Shown here piece by piece: positions 25,875-40,293 of a stretch of DNA of 64,000 nt. The translations under genes and the position numbers were made by a program. The stretch's first letter is position 1; each line of letters starts with the position of its first letter. Source of the DNA: Phoronis australis (taxonomy: Eukaryota; Animalia; Phoronida); contig NMRA01000063.1 of assembly GCA_002633005.1 (NCBI GenBank), positions 996,229-1,060,228 on the forward strand. Reading direction: 5' to 3'. Under the pieces are notes generated by a model. It made no database searches. It saw nothing but the letters and a program-made list of their open reading frames with translations, and was not told the origin of the DNA.

Positions 25875-28671
25875 ACTAAGAATATCAGGATGCAGGCGAG
25901 GATATGACTAAAGAAGATAATAAATTCTAGTAGCATCCAGGGAGTTTCAAACTCTTGTGTTGCCAACAAATACACTTGCGGAAGTTGATTTGGCTATCGT
26001 TAGTATATGATGTGCAGTTAACAGATGCTGAAGACATATACAGAAATAATTAGGTTTACTTACCTCATTCGGCAACATTTGTCTCTCCTGTAGATCGGCG
26101 AAATTGGTGCTCCATATGTCTTCACTAACAAAGGTTAGAGCTAAAATCGCCACAAGAAACACATTTGACAAGACCATTAGTGACAGCAACGTCATCTTAA
26201 GGACTGGGCGAAAGTGAACTAAGAAGAGTGTAGTTAACGCAGAAAGTTGGCTGCGGCAGAGACAACTCGTGGGTTCGGTGTGCCAAAGAAGGCAAGGTCT
26301 TGGATTCGTGACCACGTCAAGACCAACGGGCGATTCATCACGACGTGACCTCGCACTTCAAGAACCGGAGTAGCTAAGGCAGCACAGATGAGGCACCAAG
26401 GAGCCTGGACAAGATGGGACAATGTGATGAGAATGCCTATCCCTTAGGAAGAGCTACAGAAATGTCACCTTTTTACTCAACGTCGTTTACAATATGCTAC
26501 CAACGTCAACCTAGTGGTGTGAGGAAGGGACGTTGATCCAAAATGTAATCTGTGTGAAATATGAGGGTGTAACTTAGAGCACATCTTATCTTCGTGTAGA
26601 GTAACTCTAGCTGCAGGGAGTTATATCTGGCTTCACAACCAGGCTTTGAAAATGATTGCTAAAATCGTCTACGAAGAATCGAAAGTTAAGACAAAAGTGA
26701 GGAATTTGCATTTTATAGATTTTAGGAGATTCAGCGACCCCGTGAGCAGAGGCGATAAGCATAAGGCCACGGGTATTTTGCATACAACCTACGACTGGAT
26801 TATTACAACAGACTTCGGGTACCAATCATTATTTCCAGTCAATATTGTGCAGACATCACAGAGACCTGATATCCTTTACTCAGGCAAGACACGACAGACA
26901 GTCATCATTGAGTTGACTATCTCATGGGAGAGCAGAATTGATGAGGCTCATGAGAGAAAATTGTTGAAGAGCCACGGGGAGACTGTCCTACCAATTGTTA
27001 TGCAACCTGGTTTTTCCCAGTCGCAGAGGGCTGCAGAGGCCTCCCTGCAAAGTCTGTTATTCACTTGTAGAAGCCCCTAGGTATCCTCAATTTAGCAAAG
27101 AAGCAGCGAAACTGTTCGAACACCATGAGAACCCTAGAAAATATTTCGTAATTCAAAACATCTTCATAGCTTTCATATTTCATGGATGGCCTCATCCACT
27201 GACTTAAACTCTTGTTGAGAAATGAGCTTCATCGAAAATTTGCCTGCTTCATGAAACCAGTTTCAATGCCCACACAGGGTGAGCAATTACGCACTTACAG
27301 ATGTTACTTGTGTGTTCAATTTATTCTGCGAAATTTTTACGGACTTGAAACGTGCACAACCACACGTCAAACTACTGGGACTCTTGAGGTTTCGCTGATT
27401 TATCAACATCTTTTTAAGCTTCTCTTAGTGGTCCGGTTTGAATAAGCGACGAGTCAAAAAATGCCTTCGCGGAAAATGGAGGCCCCGGTGCTATATTACC
27501 CGAGACAACGGTATACGGGTTTAAGAAACCAACAGCGCAACTAAACCATGTATATTCTAAAAAGTTACTTTTATTGAGTTTCATCAAAACGGTATTTGTC
27601 AAAAATCACCATTGGTCATTTTTACGGCAGCAAAAACTGAACACGTGCGCGTTTGTGGGGGACACTTTTGCTGAACATGAATAAATATTTAACAATTTCT
27701 TTACATAGAATTTAATACATTTATGCTTTAACTTCTACACGTGTATAATGTTTTTAAAAATGTCATGTCATGACATGGGTGTATATTTTGAATTGTAAAT
27801 AGACAAAACAAACACTAACGCGCGTGCCAAACCTTTCTCTCTCTTTATCATCTTTTCAATACTCTGGTTCTTTTCGAAAGCTCGTACGCGACGGTCACTT
27901 TCAATCGTTAATCTGCCTCCTGGTGCTACTAAGTCTGTTATTAGGGAGTATTCAGACGCATTCAAAAGCGTTCTACATTTTCCATGTTACGTGAATTGCT
28001 GTAAAATCTCACATGCGCAGATATGAAACACCAAATCTAGGTGTCCCGATTTGTCCACAATGTAATGGCTGCGCGAATACAAACAAATCCACAGCATTTG
28101 TCAGTTGCATGGTGCTTCATAAGGAACTTGAATATGTAATCTGGAATCTTAAATTGAGTAATCAGGACGAAAGTTTTCGAAAAATTACCCCTGTTTATTT
28201 TGAGCTCGCAGAGAGCCTACTGTTGCGTTGCGAAACATATATTTTAAGGCATTTGCGTTATAATCCACTTCCATCCTTGGTTCTAACAACCTTGCGTCGG
28301 TTTCTGTCGTTGATGAAATGTCAATGAATATCTGTTACTAGTCAACAAATCAAAAACGAAACCCTTATTGTCCACATAATGTAAAACTACTTTCGAATAT
28401 AAGACAACGTTAGTGTGTGATCGCGAGTTTGTAATTGATGACCAAAAATTATTTCATAACTTCAACTTGATATTTTAAACTTTCTATCTGGAGTTCGAAT
28501 TGAAGCTCAAGTTTGGTAGAACAATAAGAGCAAATTTGTTTAATATTTTGTGCATAAATTATCGTGCATAAATTATCGTGTAGTAACACGACATCATTGA
28601 CCAGTTACATAGTAAGGGTTAAGAATACTTATACATATGTACTCAAATAAAGCAGCATGATTGATTATGTT

Positions 28672-28755
28672 TCGAGACTGAGTCAAGGGTGGGCTCGGAG
28701 ACTGAGTCGAGGGTGGGCTTGGAGACTGACTGAGTCGAGGTTGAGGTCGGAGATT
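28672..28755. repeat. Short ~22-bp tandem repeat
   Basis: GAGACTGAGTC.AGGGTGGGCT repeated 3-4 times. Confidence 0.8.
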
Positions 28756-31700
28756 AGATTCTGGGTCAATATAAATCTTAACTGGAATTTAAGTTCGAGT
28801 TCGGAGAGTCTTTTACGTAATAATACATTATGATCTATTACATCAAGTGCTTTTGAAAGGTCTAATATTGCTGGTCAACTAAGAGTCCGTCATTTCAGTC
28901 GCTTGAGTGGCCCTGATACCGTAATGAGAAATATACAAGCAAGAGTGTTGCGTTAGTTATTTATGCATTGTTTTAGTAATACATTTCTTTTGCTCAATTA
29001 GTTGGACATTTATTGTTATCAAAATGAACATTTATTTTAACCATAGTTTTTTGTTAGTTGCAAGTACATTATTTCTGAAAATTTTTCCCAACATTATATT
29101 TTATCAGTCCTCTCAATCATTAGGACGGGTGTTCCTCTGTTTCCTTCGACACTTCGAATGCCGTTTTGCCGTTTTCAAGGTTGGTTTATGTGAACAATTG
29201 ATAGCTATGCATACATATTTGGTATGGAGCTTTCTAAAATTGATGAAACTCCCTAACATTCACTTTTATTGATTTTTGTAAACTCGAGTATCAAATTTTA
29301 TACCAAGACCCCGTTTCAGCAAACGCATGTACTCTTCAGCACAACTTTCAAAACATGGTGCTGACGTCACGATTTTCATTCTTTGTTGGCATGTCCCTTG
29401 ACCTTCATATTGCATTTAAACCATTTCCTAATACGTAGTTCTAAATGATCGTTTATACGAAATGACAAGGGCGTAAGTATTATCATCTTGACCTATGCTC
29501 TTCCTCTGTGAAGCAAATGTCGCTTTAAAATGTCAGTGTGGGATTACGCGTCACCTGCCGTGCGTCGGGATTTGCATCTCATCCAATGTTTTTGACGTCA
29601 GTGAAGGTTAACACCCGAGGCATATTTAGTAACTGTAAAACAACTGCGAGGCGCTTACACTGAGAAACCTTCGCTTGTGGAAGGCAAAACATTGTTTCCG
29701 TCCCGTAATACAACATTGCAGCCTCGCCAACTCATCATTTCAGTTTACACCATTGTGGGGTTTCGAACTTACTAGCGAAACTCTCACCTTTTACGCGCGT
29801 GATTTTGCGGAGTATTGCATGACCTGGCATAATTTACGAAACCTTCTCTACGAAACGCAGCTCAGGGTGATTTTTGAAAGCTATAACTTTTCTTTCCCTT
29901 CGAAATCATGCGAAATACTCGGTATTACGTAATTACATCTCAAACCGTATACGTCAGTGCAAACTAGTAGTCACTGGTAGATCTAGGATGACGTAAGGGG
30001 GTGGTCCACACTTGCAATTTTCGAAGAAAAACTTTCCACGGAAGCACTAAAATCGGCATGCCGCCGTCGATTTACTTTGGTCTTCTCCGTAGAGGTCCTC
30101 TGCNCATGATTTCGGACATCCGAATCATTTCTATTATCTAAGGGTCACATACTTTTCAGTTCAGTTTCACCCCCCCCCCCTCTGTTCTCGGGTCTTACCG
30201 CTTGACCAATAAGAAATGCTTATTTTTGCTTACGGCTCCAAAACTGTGAACAGGAGTATCTTTGCTCGGAAACGCCATCAAACGCAATCAGCTATACTTT
30301 CTATTTTTGAAAATGAGTTCACAAGCAACGTTTATAAAAAGTCAGTATTAACATGTCCTTCCTTTAACAGAGAATAGTAAAAGCCGAACACCAAGACTGA
30401 AATCTTACGCCCGTTGACCAGGAACAGTCGGTTGCACGCGAGACGTGCCATTCCGGTAATTTTGGATACCCCTACAGTCCTACTAACGGTGTTCGACTCC
30501 CGGGTGGTTGATGAAAAACTTCCTTACATCATTTCTACATTGTTAAATACAGGTGAAGGTCACGTGAGGGTCATGAATGACCTTATTGAAAGTCTGTATA
30601 TTGGTCAAATATATACGAAACTACAAAAATTTACTGCTTTAACTCAGTCAAAGTGTATATTTTCTGAAACTAGAAAGCCTGTAGAATTTGATTTTTCATT
30701 TTTTATGCTGTTACAATTTTCTAAATTGATATGTCGTTTTCTTTTTATGCAACTTTTGAGATTTTGATGAAAATCATACAGGTCTTATTTTGACTGCCTC
30801 TCTTGAAGTTTAACATGAATCCAATAAGTCATTTCTGAGATACGTCGATTTTCCGAAGTTAGCCAAATTAGGATATAGAGTGCTGCATAACCTTGAGGAG
30901 ACATCGTCGGTTTTACGGCCGAAAAACGCATTTTGGGGATTTTGCTTAATGTGGTAGACATCGTGACGTAATAGACATCGTGACGTTAATAGCTTTGATC
31001 AGAGCTACAGAACAATGAAATCCGTCGCGTTCTTACGATTTCATAACAAATTGCCATTTTGTCAGCCAGTCAATCGCTGACATAAAGTCCGGAGTCCATA
31101 CCATTTAAATACTGAACGAGTCTATGCGACTGGTCAGGTAGTAGGCACGATTCCAGGCCGAGGCTGATTTAGCAGGTTACTCTTTTCGTCGATAATTTCT
31201 CTTTGAAGGCAATCTAAAGATAAGCAATGAATATCAGCAATACGCATTTTAAACAATTGTCATTATCTTAAACATCAGTGTGAAATGAGTTTTAATCTGT
31301 AGAAAATACCCCAAAATGAAAAGACTGTACTTATGCAGTTATACTCTCCACCTTTGGATGGCTTTATGAAAAGTGAAATTCGATGTTATTTAACCTCAGT
31401 ACGCATTTTGTTAGCGCTCCGCCACAAATTCAAAATTTGAAATGCTTTAATCAAAAACAAAGGAATATCGAGTTGAACTGAACCTGTATTGTTTGAAAAT
31501 ACGTTTTGACCCCATTGGTTGGCGTTTACCTTCTTGGATCATGAAGCAAAAGATTATCTTTAAAATCAAATATTTCCAAAAATATATCAATGTTGTTATA
31601 ACACAGATATTTATATTTCTTTTAACGAGCCGCCATTTCAAATTCATTATCTTACACAAGGATGATACATCCGGGTAAACAGTTTTTATTTTGTAACAAA

Positions 31701-34700
31701 AACTATTAACTACAAGATTTTAGTTAGTGCTGAGGTTTGTTGATTGAAAATAAAACAATAATTTCTCTCGCTCCGTGTTGGTGTAACGTCCAACAGTTAG
31801 TAGTCCTAATTACACACAATAATACGATGAACCGAAAGGAGGACGTTGATTGTTTCAACGGAAAATTTGCTCCCCGATAACATGATTCATTCTAGATTAT
31901 AATTGAATGTCGGACAGTGTGAGTGAGAACGCTTTAGATCCATATGCGCAGCATAAGAAGAGAACGACAACGATGACGAAGATGAAGAACACAAACTATA
32001 TCGACTGCTTTCAGCCACCGATGTATTTAGAATGCTTCGTTATAGAGGAGCTTACTGTTGCAGTCAACCACTATACCAAAGGAAACACTGTTGCAGTCAA
32101 CCACTATACCAAAGGACACACTGTGGGCTTCTTGTATGTAGACTTTCACGTGGCGAAGTTCCCCGCGCGTTTTGGAAATTCGATAGCAATATTTCAGTCA
32201 GAGTTGAACGATGGCTACTAATTTAACAATAAACTTCAACTTGTTGACATCAAAGAGCCATCGATGAGCGTGCAATTGGTACTTCAACATCCCATTGAAA
32301 AAACGATCAACTAGTTGTGTAGATGATGGAAGAATTCGGGGGGGGGGGAATTTGTAAAGGCTGTTCGACAGATTACGGCGAGAAGAAGCGCGTGCTTGTC
32401 AATTCTTCCTCCTGATAGGAGAAATAACAAGTTAAGACGCAGGCCTACATATTGTCTTACATGAATATTCAGCCATAGATAAAGTTTATGTAATTGCTTT
32501 CAAGGCACGCTAATCGGCACTTTAGTTAATTAAACCATCACCTGCTACTTTTGACAACGCTGTGATACCAGATGATACTCTACTGGAAGCCGCGATCACA
32601 ATTCATTTTACGAAGACAATTTCTGTTTCACGTTTGGTAAAAATCTTGTTAACTAAATCATATTCAATTGAACACAAAATTTTATTTTTTCACTTTTACG
32701 GAACTTCATAATAGATCGCGGTGTCCAAATCTGCAATTTCTTGTGGTTCAACAAGTACACACTTAACAAATGTGCTGTAAAATATGCGAAAATCGATATC
32801 AAAACATTGCAAATTCCCATAGGATTTAAATGAACTAAATGTATTTCAGTTGAGGGAACTGACATTTGATGTTCTAAAGAATTATCGAATACAGATGTAA
32901 CAATGTACTTGCATCATTTTAAGCCGTATTTCATCGTCTTCTTGAACAACCCACGTTGCGGCTCAACAGGCAGTTTATTTTATGAAAAGGGAACTACAAA
33001 AATATACTGCATTATTTCGCTTTTTTATAGAATTCCAAGCCTGCCAGTTGTTAGCACGTTCGCGTTCTTCTCGTTACCAATGCTTTAATTGAAAAGGTTT
33101 CCGATTCACGAGCTAATGAACATTCACATTCACAAGGTGGAACGTCACGGATTCCAAGAACGGGTTGATTAGACTGGTACATATCTGTTATAAATACATT
33201 TCATTAATACGTATACCTGATTCATATTCAGGCGGAAGAGGTGAACTCGTCTAGTGTTGCTGTCTTGCTGATAATGAAAAGTGGAGAAGTTGAACATGCA
33301 ATCAAAAGAGACTCCAATACTTTCAATCGCTGCACACCGTGCTCTACGTACCGAATTGACGTGTCTTCCACAATTTCTTGACGGGTGATTTTTACGTTAG
33401 TGACAATGCAGAAAATGTCCCGTTTGATTCCATTTGAGAAGCCTGTTTTGAATGAGCAAGTTCGCGAAGCCGTTACATTTGTTTGCGTGACTTTCCTGTA
33501 ACCCCCCCCCCTTCATTTGTCATTCTTTGCAGTATTTCACACCCGCCCGCCCGCCTGTCCCACTGTGTGTGTCATCAGCTTATGCTCTGTGGTGGTATTA
33601 CTGCGTCATTTTATTTCCACTTGAGAATGAAACAAGTATGTTTCGAAATATCATGTGTCTTTTAATCATGTGTCTTGGTTAGTTGCTTCAGCAATGTTCT
33701 GCTGAGTGTGAGAACTTCCTTCCGAGGATACGAAAGGAACTGAATAAAGACTGCTAATAACAACAAGTGTCGTGTATTTAATCAATTCTGCACATATGTG
33801 CGTTTCTATAATAATTCAGTAGCGTAATGTTTTCACTTATTGCCCAGATACAATGTTGTTAATTCGATTTCTGGGTAGTAACGTCATACAGTATGTAGAA
33901 TTTTCCTACATCCGTTTACCTTGAAAAAAATCCAACCCAATCTTTGTGTTGCTGACAGCGTACATTTTACTTGCCAATTGCTCTGCTCTTGGCGGACTGT
34001 CTCACTTTTTGAATTTTTCCTGCCCCAACATCAAAATGCCCTGCTTTTTGACACACGACATTGTGTTACAGTATTTTCCATCAACCTTGCCCTATTTTCC
34101 CGTTCCACTAAAAAGAACTAAACGGAACGTTTCGTGGGTTTTTGCGGCACCTGCAATTTCGACTGAAAAAAAAAACAAAATAAAAAACGTTTTGCACTTT
34201 TGGTTTTACGTCTCCAGCTCGACAAAACCCTGTGGCGACGTTTTTGTATGTTTCGGTGAACATTTCAGATATCTAGCTTTTTATACAGAAATCCTGCCTT
34301 TATATCCACGCCAGCTGTCCTGCTTTTCCATTCTCGAATGTTAACCGTGACAACTATGCAACAGGTGTTCAACACATTTCAAAGCTACACAATAGATGTT
34401 ATTCCTTTTTATCTATCCTTGGATATGTACATTGTAGTTGGGGTAATTACATGGAGTTTATCACGTTTTTGTAAATGTCACTGCATCCTGATTTTTTATT
34501 GATGAATGTAATTGTATCAAATGGCACCAATGGTCCATTTAATAAATAAAAATGTAGAATTTTGGATGAATACCTGACTACATTCTTCACAGCAATTTTG
34601 TTGGATAAAGATAAAATCTTCGTTTATATATCATATAGCAATCTTTTAAAATCGTTGAAACTATTTACCTTCTGGTTTATTGTTGATTGATGACCAGATC

Positions 34701-37689
34701 ATTTGTGTTGCTATTACATCCTAAATTAATTGGCATTCCAAATTAATTAGTTGCCTAATTATTTGACTGATCAATCAATTCGTATATGAGAGGTTTCATT
34801 GCTAGAATATGTTATTTTCGCATTTTGATTATAATAATCTTGGTTTTTAGAATAAGAGGCCTGCATCATAATCGGTATCGATACTGAGGAGGAAAGAATC
34901 TTTACAGGAATGTTCAACTTGATGTATGCCTTTCGTGAACAATCCAGTCAAACTCACCGTGGCTTGCAAACAGCAATATTGATAAGATCGAACCTGCCTC
35001 TGAGCATTACCCGAAAACAAATTACAATGAATTAGCGTTAGATGATGTTGTCAGATTCATAACTAGCACGAAAATCATTTTAAAATGGTCTGAAATCCAC
35101 CAACAAGTAATATTTTTCTTATACCGATGTGACGAACCCAACACTGGAGCTGAAAGATATCGGAGGCCAGACTATTCCCGACATGCATCCTAATTAACAC
35201 GATCAAACAATAAGTTACTCACTGCACTTTACAAATTTTCATCGATAATCAATATAAAAATCACGGAAAGAATTACTAAAACGATGAGAAAGAAGCATTA
35301 TAAATATTAAATCTATTTAATTATCTCACAAAAGCTACCTAATTTCAACATAATTACTTTGAACACGGAAGTGTTCTCTGGAAACTAATTTACCAAACGT
35401 CATCCTGACGTCACTGTAATTAACTGCGTATAAAACAATTGTTAATTAAACTTTCCAAAGGTAATTGAACCGACATTAACACACAACAACAACCTAGGTC
35501 TGTCGTCATCATGCTCAATTAATTTGTCATAAGATGTCGATGTACCGTCTTTCGTCCAAAACTTCACACGTTCTACGCTATAGAAATTGGACTGACCTGC
35601 TTCACCTATAATAAAATGGCTATCAAAATGTTGGATGATTTACATATCGATAACAGGTATCGCTCGATAACCACAAGGTTCACGAGTCCCAACTTCCATC
35701 AGTCAAAATGCAGGTATTTTAAAAGGTCGATATGGACAAATGTCAGTGTGGAGGAGCCCGAAGAATCGTTCTCAAGTCCGACAAAAAGCATAGGTGTTAG
35801 TTTGTCCGAAATGATTCCGAAGGTCCACAGGCCCAATGGTTCATAAGTCCGAACTCTAGTAATGGAAAATCGTCGACACATAGGCCTATATTAGTGGGCA
35901 ACAAATGTTTGAAAACTTGAATCATTACAATTGATAAGGAACTCTCACAACCGTAAATGAAATACATGAGAAATCCTTAGCAAGCGTACTACAGTAACAG
36001 ATTGTCTACCATACATTTTTGGTCACATTTCCCTAAAACTGTTGGCATATAGAGCACCATACGTGGGTTCTAAGAAGCAAATGACTATTGCACGCTACAG
36101 TCTATCTATAAGCCTTTCACATATTACAGCAGTCCACCAACATGCCAAGCTCTATTCGCACGGGTGTCTGATAGGTTCAAACACATCAGCCACTTCTCAA
36201 ATATGGTACATGTAGGTGGATAATACTTCCCTTTAATTTGTCTGTACTTTTGTATTATCCACAGGTGGTCTAGTGTTAATTGTTTAGATTGAGGTTAACG
36301 TAAGTTGCGTGACTATAAATCCGCGTCCTCTTGCTACTCTGGTCACACCCAACAATTTTAAGTTTGATGGGAGTCACGTTTAGAGTATGCTCTAAGTACT
36401 TTCTGCGACTCTTCTTTGAAACCGGGGTGCCAAATTGAGATATCAATCTTTGACATGCTAACCAGGTGTTTTGTGCACTTAAGGTGGCCAATTTCAGGTT
36501 TTGAAGGCAGTCGTGTTAAAAGCATGGAGCCATGCCCAGGGTACATCAGAGGACCATTTGTTGAAACTTGAGTGTGTTGCTGAGCTGAATTGAGGATCGT
36601 TGCCATGTTGCGGTCAAGTTCACCAGTTTTCTATTTAGTGACAGTCATGTTCGAAGCACGCAACCATGCTCAAAGCAAATCGTGATCAAAACGTGGTTGT
36701 GAACTTCCTAGAAACGTACTAGGTAGTTGTCAAGATTGAATGTAAGTCGTTGCCATGGTAACTGCATTTCTGAATTGCAAGTGCAATAAGCCGCCCACGC
36801 CACTTACCGACGGAATTTTGAAAAACTGAAACTGCCTAAAACAGAAAATGTTTGCGTTATCAAAGATGTATAATAAAAAATAGAATATGATCTAAAATTA
36901 GTTACGCAAACAACTCGTGTACACAAACGTGGAAAGTCTTTTGAGCAGCACAAAACCTGTGTTCTGCTAATGCAATAGATTTGAATGAACACATTGATAA
37001 GAACAAAAATTTATGTCAGGTATATCAAAACCAGTTGTACTAGTTTGAAAATCCAAGTTTGAATGATCACTGATGTACGTAAACTTGTCGACTGATTTTT
37101 TAACAACATAAAAAGTGCCCAAACGAATGAACCGAACAGTGTAAATAAAGCAAAAATATTTTGGGCTTATTAGAGGAGTTCAATTCCACAATTACTACTG
37201 CCAGCATCATTCAAGGCAACGACAGAGTTCTATTGTTTTTTCGAGTTTTTTGCTGGATTCAGCGATATTCATTCTTTAAACTTAATTTTACTTTCAGTTG
37301 CCTATTATGCAAATGAAATTCGTGACACGAAAAGTCGAATTGTATTAGATTAAAAACAGATAACTTTATAATAAGGGCAAGCTCAATGGTAGTTTTACTC
37401 ATCTTACATATGATGTCTATCACGTCACCCAGTTCGCACAACAACTCTCAACTTGTCAGTTTCAGCGCTCCACAATAGGCACAACATTGTATCCCACTTA
37501 GGCGACTTATTCCAAAGCCAAGCAAATTTTCTTCGAAAATACATCATTTCGACGAAATTTGATATTTCTGTGGATTATATTAAGCCAGTCAACACATTAT
37601 TACCTATGGTCGTGCAAACCATAGCTGAGAGAGAGAGAAAACGCTTTTATTTACTTTACATTATAATAATACATTGATTAAAATTTGAT

Positions 37690-40293
37690 TTCAATTAGGA
37701 GGCCTTCTAAAGGTTATTGGCCGCTAATAAGAAGGTCCCCTGTACAAAATAAACAAATGGAAATACAAAAATCAGTAGGAATACTTAAGAAAACAGTGAA
37801 TTGGTGCTGAAAACGACCGACACGCAAGGAACCAAGAAGTAGACTGGCACAGCTCAGGAGATTTTGAGAATACAATTAGATACTATTACATATGAAGAAA
37901 TTGAAAATATGACAAACTGGATCGTAGTTGCTAATAATAAAATTGGTTTAGAACCTGGAGAATGCTTGCAAAGAACGTGTTTTTATTATATTTAGAGCAG
38001 AGACTGGTGTTTCGTTGCTGTTTATAAGTCGAGGAATCTGAAATCTAATACAGGCTCTTGATGACAATTTGTTGGACGGAGGAATTAAATTTTTGGGTTG
38101 TATTGTCGGTATAGCAGCTGAGTATTGATTCAGGTATGTAGGAGTTTTAATGTGTCTGTTTGGTTTATATTGGATGGGTTTAGTAAAGAAGTTGTTAGTG
38201 TAAAAATACTTAGGAAGCTGATTATTGAGGAATTTGTAGTAAAATTTTGCAGTTGAGATTTTAAAGATGTCTTGAACTAGAAGGAGGCGAAGTTCCTTAC
38301 ATATGGGCAGAGAGTGAGCATTAGAACTGGAATTTGATATATTCCTAAGGATTCTTTTCTGGGCTGTCTGAAGTTTCTTAGTGTTACCAAAACCCCAAGT
38401 TGCAATGCCATAGTTTAAATGTGGGAGGACAAGTGAATTATATATTAGCTTGAGAGCTGGAAGAGGAAGATAAGATTTCAGTTCGTATAAGAGTCCACCG
38501 AGATTGTTAATTTTGTTTGAGATGAGGTTAATGTGAGGGACCAGGAGAGGTTTTGTCAACAGTAATTCCAAGGAAAGGAAAACTGTTCACATGACATATT
38601 GTTTTGCTATTTATATAAATGGTGGGAATAATACATTTTTCAATTTTCTTTTGGGGGTAGTGGAAGATCATTAATTTACTTTTTGATGTGTTAATTGAAA
38701 GTTAGTTCACGGAAAACCAGTCTGAAATAGATTTAAGGTTGTTGTTGATGGTGGTTGATTGCTGTAAAGTGTGTTGGGAAGATTCAGTCAGTTTGTAAGG
38801 TGTCACGAGGCAAGTGTCGTCAGCATGAAGAAGTGTGTCCATGGGAGAAGAAAACGTAAGATCATTTATGTAAACTAGGAAGAGAAGTGGGCCAAGGACA
38901 GAGCCTTGGGGAACTCCGGTAGATATTGGTAACCAACTGGAAGTTGTATCACTTAGTGAAACATATTGGGTGCGGTTTGAGAGATAACTTTTGAACAGTG
39001 TATATTCAACTCCAGTAATACCATAGTGATTTATCTTTTGCAAGAGTATTTGGTGGTCTATTGTGTCGAAAGCTTTAGAGAGATCTAGAAAGATGACCAG
39101 GGGATTCAAGTCATTATCAAGATGGGAACAAATGCGGTCTAAAAGTTCAAGCGAAGCAAGTTCTGTAGAGTGACATTTCCTTAAACCACACTGATGTTTA
39201 TTAAGAATATCATTTTCATTTAGGAAAGTTGAAAGTTGAGTATGGATAATTTTTTTCTATAATTTTTGACATTGTTGGAAGAATAGACATGGGTCTATAA
39301 TTGCCCGGGTGCTCTGGGTCCAAACCGTGTTGTTTAAAAACTGGGATTACCTTAGCAATCTTTAGAGCATCTGGAAATATGCCAGTGAGCAAGCACTGGT
39401 TGATGATGGTCGTGAGAGGTTCAATTATAAAAGGACTGCTTATTTTGATAATTTTAGATGATAAATTGTCATGACCAGTACTATTTTTGCGTCCATGTCT
39501 CTTATAATATCTAGTACATGTTTATTATTAATTAGTTTGAAAGAGAACTTAAATTTGTTTGGCGTGGGAAATTTTTGTTTTTTATCAGTTATTGATTCAG
39601 AAAGGGATGGGCCGATTTGGGTATAATTAAAATAATTGCAGGCGGTCTGATACACGTTGTACCAGACGTGCGCAGGCCTCGCATGTGGGCCCATTGCACT
39701 GATCACCTGGAAATATTTTTATGCTTTATTAATATATGGTTAAAACCGAGCTGAGGAGCTAGAAACCTGGCTCAAGGGTTTAGCAGTGTGACCTGGTGGG
39801 ACTCGAACCCACGACCTCGAGTAAAGAAAGCGGGCACTTATCAACCAGGCCACACTGCCTCCTCTTAGTCACTGGTTTTAGTGTTATCTGAACGTAAGAG
39901 ACATTCCGGGGTATCATTTTTTGTTCGGACGGCGTTCTTCATAACTGTCTTTATTGTATCCCATGTTTTATTTATGTCAGACTTCCCTTTTTCGAATGTG
40001 TCATAATAGTAAGATTGCTTGGCGGAATCAGTAGTTTTTTTGAGAATCTTGTTGTATACTTTAAGATTGTTGTGGCATGTAGCGTAGGATTGTGCGTTGC
40101 GAGGGGTTGTCTTGGTTTGTTTGTACAGTTTATCTCGGTAATGAATGGAAATTAAAGTACCAGGTGTAATCCATGAGTTAAGCGCGTGTTTGTGTTTATT
40201 ATATCTAACATTTTTGGACCAAAGTGTTTTTTCGTGAGAATGGGTTGTGAAACAAGAATAAAGCCGATTGGCCTTATATCTTAAGACATGCAA
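37690..40293 (-). mobile_element. 5'-truncated, degenerate LINE (L2/Crack/CR1 group) ORF2 and 3' UTR
   Basis: WITPG linker, LKIAKVIPVFK, NYRPMSILP, FLDLSKAFDTIDH, GVPQGSVLGPLLFLVYINDL, HADDT, LIYNSLVLPHLNYGIATWG, across several frames. Confidence 0.92.
39630..39862 (-). mobile_element. tRNA-derived SINE inserted in the LINE
   Basis: Head GGCAGTGTGGCCTGGTTG (A-box-like) and B-box GGTTCGAGTCC (39799-39809). It interrupts the LINE frame between ...KTSD and NY..IGPSL. Confidence 0.75.

Larger units (their letters stand above)
24220..27110 (+). mobile_element. Degenerate RLE-type non-LTR retrotransposon (HERO/NeSL-like)
   Basis: N-terminal zinc-finger relic GKTLKNERDLRIHH; RT motif FVDD; FNAKKSRSIII, IPPLSENPVK, RTGRK, QGAWTRWD; CCHC knuckle CNLC...LEHILSSC...HNQAL; restriction-like endonuclease RPDI...IIELTISWE...AHERK...GCRG. 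Many stops and frameshifts; boundaries approximate. Confidence 0.82.

Noticed and set aside
36358-36606. WHPGF-containing ORF vaguely like transposon-associated Cys-rich proteins
   Set aside because: Only a single short word matches; there is no supporting Cys pattern.
39785-39862. Functional tRNA gene
   Set aside because: A/B boxes are present but there is no clean acceptor or anticodon stem, and it is followed by a SINE-like body.
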